From the human T2T-CHM13v2.0 reference genome, Homo sapiens, in NCBI RefSeq assembly GCF_009914755.1, contig NC_060948.1: 64,000 bases of DNA. One strand, given 5' to 3'. Positions within the stretch are counted from its first letter, which is position 1, and the number at the start of each line of letters is the position of its first letter. The position numbers were made by a program, and so were the translations under genes. This document shows, in pieces, positions 56,323 to 64,000 of the stretch. Below the pieces are notes generated by a model that saw nothing but the letters and a program-made list of their open reading frames with translations, was not told the DNA's origin and did no database searches.

Positions 56323-56339
56323 GAGGAAAGAAAAACAAT

Positions 56340-56910
56340 TGTCTATACTACCTCAAGCAGTCTTTTGATTCAAAACAATTCCTATCAAAATCCCAATGGC
56401 ATTATTCAAAGGAATACTAAAAATAATCCTAAAATTAATATGGAATCACAAACACCCTGAATAACCAAAGCAATCTTGAGAAAAAGAAAAAAAAAAAAGC
56501 TTGAGGCATCACACTTCCTGAGTTCAAATTGTATTGCAAAGCTATAATTGAAACAACGTGATACTGGCATAAAAACAGACACATAGACCAGTGGAACAGA
56601 AGAGACACTCCAGAAATAAACCCATGCATGCACTATCAACTAATCTTTGACAAATGTACCAAGAACACATAAATGGGAAAGAATAGTCTTTTCAATAAAT
56701 GGTGCTGGGAAAACTAATAATTTCCATGCAAAAGAGTAAAATTGGACCTGTATCTTACATCATACAAAAAAATCAACTAAAAATTGAATAAAAACTTAAA
56801 TGTCAGACATGAAACCATAAAACTATTTGAAGAAAACATAAAGAGCTGCTTGAAATTGGTCTTGGCAAAAATTTTTTGGATATGATGCCAAAAGCACAGG
56901 CAAAAAAAAA
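56340..56910 (+). mobile_element. L1 ORF2 piece (probable inverted arm, right part)
   Basis: CCTATCAAAATCCCAATGGC...TTGGATATGATGCCAAAAGCACAGGCAA. Confidence 0.75.
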
Positions 56911-56944
56911 CAATTTTTTAAACATTATTTTGTAGTACTCCTTT

Positions 56945-57286
56945 TCTTTTCCTTTGTTTTTTCTTGTTTTTATGTACGTATGTATGTATGTATTTGTTTA
57001 TTTTTTAAACAGAGTCTGGCTCTGTCACCCAGGCTGGAGTGCGGCGGTGCGATCTCCGCTAACTGCAACCTCTGCCTCCCAGGTTCAAGCGATTCTCTGC
57101 TTTGGCATCCCAAATAGCTGGGATTACAGGCACCTGCCATCAAGCCAGGATAATTTTTGTATTTTTAATAGAGGCAGGGTTTCATCATGTTGTCCAGGCT
57201 GGTCTTGAACTCCTGACCTCAGGTGATCTGCTCGCCTTGGCCTCCGAAAGTGTTGGGATTACAGGCATGAGCCACCGTGCCCAGCT
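56945..57286 (-). mobile_element. AluS with (TATG)n-containing tail
   Basis: Antisense Alu dimer from about 57010 to 57286, preceded by a T-rich/TATG tail. Confidence 0.92.
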
Positions 57287-60200
57287 CTATTTTCTAGTTG
57301 TCTTATTGTTTTTCATAACCATTCAAATTTCTATTATTTCAGTATTAAATTACTTTAGAAATGCTCACGGTTTTCCAGGCAAATTTTAAATATTATTTCT
57401 CCTACTTTGAAATTTGAAGAAAAATATATTTTGCATCTGGCTTTATTCTACTTAAAATCTCAACTTAAAAAGAAGCAAAAAAATGTGATTAAAGATCTAT
57501 TACTAGATTGAATATGTTAATTAGATAATGTACTATTATTACATCTATACCTGTTTGCAAAGTTCGATAAAAACAAATTTGTACCTGGAAAATAGGATGG
57601 AACCCTCTTAATTAACTAAACTGATAAGTTCTGGGGCTATGGACCCAATGTAGCTTCTGTGACTTTCAGAGAAGTAAATTTTGAAGAATCATATTAATAA
57701 AAACAAATTTTTTTTTAAAAAAACCTAGAAACCAGTTTCAAAAAAAGTTATACTTTTGTCTTCTGAATTAGAATTTTAAAACAGATATAACAAAATCTTT
57801 TTTCCCATACCTGGGATGAATTAATCTATAAGGAAAACCAGAATGTAATTAGACTATGATGACTGACAGTTAAACATACTTAAAGTTAACTTTTATCCCA
57901 GTAGTATGTATTTTTTAATCTTCTTTCCTTATGTTTGACTCTGCATGTCAAAATATAATATTTTAATAAAGACAGATTTTAACAGAAAAATTATACAGGA
58001 CTATATATTGTACTAATCTTAGCCATCACTTGTAGTTACACAGGAAATACCTTGGTAAGTATGAAAAATTATAAATTAATGCAGCACTTTGTGACACCAC
58101 TTAAAATTTAGCAAAGACGTATAAAATGAGATGTTTGACTTCTCTAAAACTTGCATTGCATAATAAAAGCCTATAAAGTGGTGACAAACTTTATGGAAAA
58201 AATGTTTTCGAAAGTGAAAAGAAAATTCAGTTTAAATGTTTACCTATAATTATTCACCACAGATCATAAAGTTTTATAAAGGGACCAGAACTTGAGATGC
58301 TTCTTAATTTTACAATTAGAAAAATTTAGGACACAAAATTGTTAGTAGCATGACTAAATGTGAATAGCTAATTAGTGCAGAGCCAGAAGTAAGGTATTAA
58401 TAGATGTGAACTTTAGATATAATTAATTAAATAGATATTATCACATGTTGCTGAACTGATAGGTAACAGCCAAGTCCCATGTACTTCTTTTCATTAGTTC
58501 TATCAAGGTTGTAACAAATACAATATTGTCTTCTTAGTAAACTATAATGAGATCTTCAGTTCAAAACACTTACCTCATTATTTTTCTCATGTTGAACAAA
58601 AAATGAAAAGCTATTTTGCTAGCAAGAATAATGATACAAAATTATTTTAATTGCACAGTATTAGGCATTTACAGGTTTATAATAAAGTATATTTGTCAAA
58701 GTTGTTAGTAATGGTGTAGCTGAGGTTTATTATGAAAGATTCTTTTAAAAATAAAGTTTTTCATGCTTTTATTGCTCTGAAAATAAAAAGATTTGTACCA
58801 ATTAATAAACACCACTATTGAATAAAGAAAAACATTTATAGGCAAATTGGTGATGATATATTTTTAATTTTCTATAATGTATTTAAAAGATAATTGGTGT
58901 TATTAACCACAAGAGATGACCCTTTTATCATAGTTACAAATACAGATAGTGTCCTTTAATACTGAAAATAATTCTATATCTTTTAAATACCTGAAAAAAA
59001 TGTCATTGGTAGAATGATTTTAAATAAAATTCTTTTAAAAAGCACCCGAAAAAGACATTTAGTCTTTATACACAATTTTCTTTATATTCTTCATGCCCCT
59101 TCTTTAAGGTGCTTCATTTAAACTTTTCAGTCAGAATGAAGCAGCATATGTTCACAAAGGAGCAGAAGCACAGAAAATAGCCTGAGTAAAGCAACTCGAA
59201 AAACAGATTTAATATGTTATTGCTTTTTAAATGTGAACTCTTATTTAGTTTTTTATTGCTTCAAGATTTGTTTATAAAAATGCTCATTAATTAATGGGCT
59301 ACATCTTTGTTGTCTTAAAGTAAATGATTAAAAATTTAAAAATGTCTGATTAATTTCTACTTACAGAGAAAGAACAACAACAAAAAACTTCTCTTAATTT
59401 TTTTTAAAAAATAGTATAACCCAAAAGAGTTCATTAGAATGTGTTATAAAATACACTTGGATTGTTTTATTATGATTATTATTTTCCTTGGGTCAAGTTT
59501 TGCTGTCCTTATAAATCTCAATGATCTTTGTTTCTATCCATACTCTGAATTCTATTTGTCATTCCAGCCAGTTTAGCCTGGTTAAGAACTCTTGTTAAAG
59601 AACTGGTGCAGTCATTTGAAGGACATACAACACTCTGGCCATTTGAGTTATTAGAGTTCTTGCATTGGTTCTTTCTCATATCTGTGTGTGGGTGCTCCTT
59701 TATCTGCAGTGTTGATTGAGTAAAATCAATAGGCTTATTTTCTGAATGTTTTCACTGGTCTCAGGCTTTGTGCAGGGTCTTTATTTGAAGCTGCCTTCTT
59801 GTCTCTGGTTTCAGAGGAGTGGATATTAGTGAGGTATTTTTGGTGTTGAAGCTTTGGGGTATAATCTAGAGGTAGTATATAGGCTTATTGGTCATTTGAT
59901 AGAATGTTTCTCAGCTGTATGGCTACCCTGTATTCTCACAGTTGCAGCCATGTTCCCTCTCAATGCTCTGAAAGTGTCGGTTCTTCTTTCCTTTGATTGC
60001 TGGCTGTAGATCCTTACATGGCACTCCTGGACTGCCCATTGCAGCTCTGAGGTAATCTCAATGTTTATGTTTCTTCCCCACCTTAGAGGCAGCAGAGGAA
60101 GAAATTTTAGCAGTGGTTGTGGTAGAGGGTTGTTAGCCTGTCTCTCAGAGTTTCCACCCCAGAGAGGTGCAAGTAACCAATTGCTCAGTGTAATTCACCC

Positions 60201-61778
60201 AGGATGGAGGGTCTGTGCTCTGGGCCCAAGCCAGGGATTTCCTGTCTTGTTACCAGCAGTGGGATATGTGTGGGACCTGTGGGAGATGGACTAGCCTCTT
60301 CTACTTTGGTTGACTGTAGCTTGTTGGAGGTGTTAAAAAAAATACTTAGGATCTTTAACACTTCTTTATTCTGAGAGTGGCAAGGGAAGTTCCACTGCAG
60401 AAGCAGTGGCAGAGGAGCTAAAGGAAAAAATAGCTGATTAAAAAAAAATCCTAATGGGTCTGACAGAGCTCAATAACACAATACAAGAATTTCACAATGC
60501 TATCACAAGTATTAACAGCAGGATAAACCAAGCTGAGGAAAGAATCTTAGAACTTAAAGACGTGTTCTCAGAAATAAGATGATCTGATAAAAATTTAAAA
60601 AAGAATAAAAAAGTGAACAAAACCTCCAAGAAGTATGGGATTATATAAAAATGCCAAATCTATGAATTATTGGCATTCCTGAAAGAGAGGGGGAGAAAGC
60701 AAACAGCTTGGAAAACATATTTCAGAATATTATTCATGAACACTTCCCTAACATTGTTAGAGAGGCCAACTGTCAAATTCAAGAAATGCAGATAACTCCT
60801 GCAAGATTCTACACACGAAGATCATGCCCAAGGAACATAATCATCAGATTTTCTAAGGTTGCTATGAAAGAAAAAATGTTAAAGGCAGCCAGAGAGAAAG
60901 AGCAGGTCACCTACAAAGGGAACCCTAACAGGCTAACAGCAGACTTCTCAGCTGAAACCCTAATGCCAGAATAGATTGGGGGCCTATATTCAACATTCTT
61001 TAGAAAAAATTCAACCAAGAATTTCATATCCAGTCCTAAGTGAAGGAGAAATAAGATCCTCCCCAGATAAGCAAATGTTGAGGGAATTCATTATCACCAG
61101 ACCTGCTTAACAAGAGATCTTGAAAAGACCACTAAATATGGAAAGGAAAGACTGGTACCAGCTAATAAAAAGCCACACTTAAACACACAGACCAGTGATA
61201 CTTTAAAGTAACCATACAAACAAGCCAACATAATAACTAGGTAACATCACAATGACAGGATCAAATCCACACATATCAATACTAATATCAATACAATATC
61301 AATACACATATTAATACTAATGCAAATGGGTTAAATATCCCCACTTAAAAGGCAAAGAGTGGCAAGCTGGTTATAAAAGCAAGACCCAATGTTATCCTCA
61401 AAAGACCCATCTCACAGGTACTGACACTCATAGACTCAAAATACAGGGATGGAGAAAAATATACCAAGCAAATATGAAACAGAAAAAAAAACAGAGGTTG
61501 CTATTCTAATTTCAGACAAAGCAGATTTTAAACCAACAAAGATCAAAAAAGACAAAGAAAGGCATTACATAATGTAAAGTGTTCAATTCAACAACAAGAC
61601 TTAACTATTCCAAATATATATACACCCAACATAGGAGCACTCAGATTCATAAAGCAAGTTCTTAGAGACCTACAAAGAGACATAGACTCTCACACAATAT
61701 TACTGAGAGACTTCAACACTTTACTGGCAGTATTAAACAGATCACTGAGGCCAAAAATTAGCAAAGATATTCAGGACC

Positions 61779-62157
61779 TTTATTTGTCCTTTCTCGTGCT
61801 GCTATGAAGAAATACCTGAGACTGAGTCATTTATAAAGGAAAAAGTTTTAATTGATTCACAGTTTCGCAGGGCTGGGGAGGCCTCAGGAAACTTATTTAC
61901 AATTATGGCAGAAGGGGAAGCAAACACGTTCTTCTTCACATGGTGGCAGGAAGGAGAAGAATGAGCAAAGTGGGGAAAATACCTTATAAACCACTGGATC
62001 TCACGAGAATTCACTCATTATCATGAGAACAGCATGGAAAGCCCACCCCATGATCTAATCACATCCCAGGAGGTCCCTCCCCCAAAACATGGGGATTACA
62101 ATTCAGATTACAATTTAAGATGAGATTTGGGTTGGGACACAGAGTCAGACCATATCA
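61779..62157 (-). mobile_element. THE1 (C/D-like) solo LTR inside L1 EN domain
   Basis: Antisense THE1 LTR ending CAGACCATATCA; TSD GGACC at 61774-61778 and 62158-62162. Confidence 0.92.
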
Positions 62158-63462
62158 GGACCTAAACTCAACACTGGAGCAAATGGATCTGATAGACCTT
62201 TACAGAACTCTTCACTCAAAAACAAAGAATATACATTCTTCTCATCATGACGTGGAATATATGCTAAAATTGATCACATAATTGGGCTCAAAATAATCCT
62301 CAACAAATATAAAAGAGCCAAAATCATACAGAACACACTCTCAGAACACAGCACCATAGAAACAAAAGTCAAGATTATAAAAGTTGCAAATTAAACAGCA
62401 TGCTCCTGAATGACTTTGGGGTAAATAATGAAATTAAGGCAGAAATCAAGAAGTTATTTGAAAATAATGCGAACAAAGATGCAACATACCAGAATCTCTG
62501 GGACATAGCTAAGGCAGTGTTAAGAAGGAAATTCCTAGCACTGAATGCACACACCAAAAAGTTAGAAAGATCTCAAATTATCAACCTAACTTTACAACTG
62601 AAAGAATTAGAGAAACAAGAACAAATCAACCCCATAGCTAGCAGAAGACAAGAAATAACAAAAATCAGAGCTTAACTGAAGGAAATTAACACACACACAA
62701 AAAAATTCAAAAGATCAACAAATCCAAACATTGAAAAAAAATTACAAGATAGACTAATAGAGAAGAAAAAAGATCCAAGTAAACACAATTAGAAATTATA
62801 AAGGGAATGTTGCTACTGACAGCACAGAAATAAAAGCAGTCATTAGAAACTATGATAAGCATCTCTATGCACACAAACTAGAAAACCTAGAAGAGATGAG
62901 TAAATTTCTGGACAAACACATCCTCCCAGGACTGAGCCAGAAGAAATTGATTCTCTGAACAGACCAATAATAACCTCCAAAATTGAATCAATAACAAATA
63001 GCTTGCCTACCAACCAAAAAAAGCCCAGGATCAGAAGGATTCACAGCCAAACTCTACCAGGTGTACCAAGAAGAGCTGGTATCATACCTACTGAAACTAT
63101 TCCAAAAAATTGAGGAGGAAGGACTCCTCCCCAGGTCGTTCTATGAGACTAGCATCATCTAGATACCAAAAACAGGCAAAACACAACAAAAAAGGAAACT
63201 TAAGGCCAACATTTTTCTGTGAATATCAATGCAAAAATCCTAAACAAAATACTTGCAAACCAAATCCAGTAGCACATCTAAAAGCTAATCTATCATGATC
63301 AAGTAGGCTTCGTCCCCAGGATTCAAAGTTGATAATTAATTATAATAAACCACAAGATAATCATGTAGTTTATCTCAATAGACACAGAAAAGACCTTTGA
63401 TAAAATTCAACATTCCTTCATATTAAAAATTCTCAATAACCTAGGTATTAAAGGAAAGTACC

Positions 63463-63984
63463 TGTGACGGTTAATACTGAGTGTCAACTTGATTGGATTG
63501 AAGGATGCAAAGTATTGTTACTGGGTGTGTCTGTGAGGGTTTGCCAAAGGAGATTAATATTGGAGTCAGTGGTCTAAAGGAGGCAGACCCACCCTTAGTC
63601 TTGGTGGGCACCATCTAATGAGCTGCTAGCACAGCTAGGATAAAAGCAGGCAGAGGAACATGGAAAGAGTAGACTGGCTGAGTCTCCAGTGCTGGATGCT
63701 TTCTGCCTTGAACATCAGATTCCAAGTTCTTCAGCTTTTGGACTCTTGGGCTTACACCAGTGCTTTGCCAGGGGATCTCGGGCCTTTGGCCACAGACTGA
63801 AGGTTGCACTGTCGGCTTCCCTACTTTTGAGGTTTTGGGACTCATACTGTCTTCTTTGCTCCTCGGCTTAAGACAGCCTATTGTGAGAATTAACCTTGTG
63901 ACTGCGTGAGTCAACACTCCTTAAACACCCTTTCATATATACATGTATACTGTTAGTCTTGTTCCTCTAGAGAACCCTAATAGC
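63463..63984 (+). mobile_element. MLT2A (HERV-L) solo LTR inside L1 RT domain
   Basis: TGTGACGGTTAATACTGAGTGTCAACTTGATTGGATTGAAGGATGC...CCTCTAGAGAACCCTAATA; TSD (G/A)TACC. Confidence 0.9.
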
Positions 63985-64000
63985 ATACCTCTAAATAATT

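Larger units (their letters stand above)
59458..64000 (+). mobile_element. Long 5'-inverted L1 (L1PA15-17/L1PREC2/L1PB-like): inverted 5'UTR and ORF1 start 59458-60412 (-), sense ORF1/ORF2 from about 60413 to window end
   Basis: The minus piece ends (L1 sense) ...CATAATAAAACAATCCA and the plus piece begins AGGAGCTAAAG, contiguous in ORF1. ORF remnants at 60708-60974 and 62400-62675. Confidence 0.85.

Noticed and set aside
61268-61325. Short ATATCAATAC reiteration at the L1 ORF2 start
   Set aside because: Ordinary local slippage in a dead element.

Overview
AT-rich, gene-poor primate (human-like) nuclear DNA, mostly interspersed repeats: several L1s, about ten Alus, MaLR/ERV1/ERVL LTRs, MIR, L2, CR1/L3 and MER DNA transposons. 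I find no intact host gene, rRNA, tRNA or CRISPR array. The only gene-derived feature is a full-length processed pseudogene of the deubiquitinase USP12 (about 11763-16231, +), with its CpG-rich 5'UTR, a disabled CDS (4 frameshifts, 5 stops) and a 3.1 kb 3'UTR. An AluS is fused directly to its 5' end, and one target-site duplication (TSD) brackets both, which suggests a chimeric Alu-mRNA retro-insertion. That unit sits inside a nested stack of L1 and Alu insertions. Four L1s in the window show 5'-inverted (twin-priming) architecture. Repeat subfamily names and the USP12 reference protein are from memory, not from a database search. I see no evidence of a wholly new biological system; the best leads are unusual retrotransposition products.
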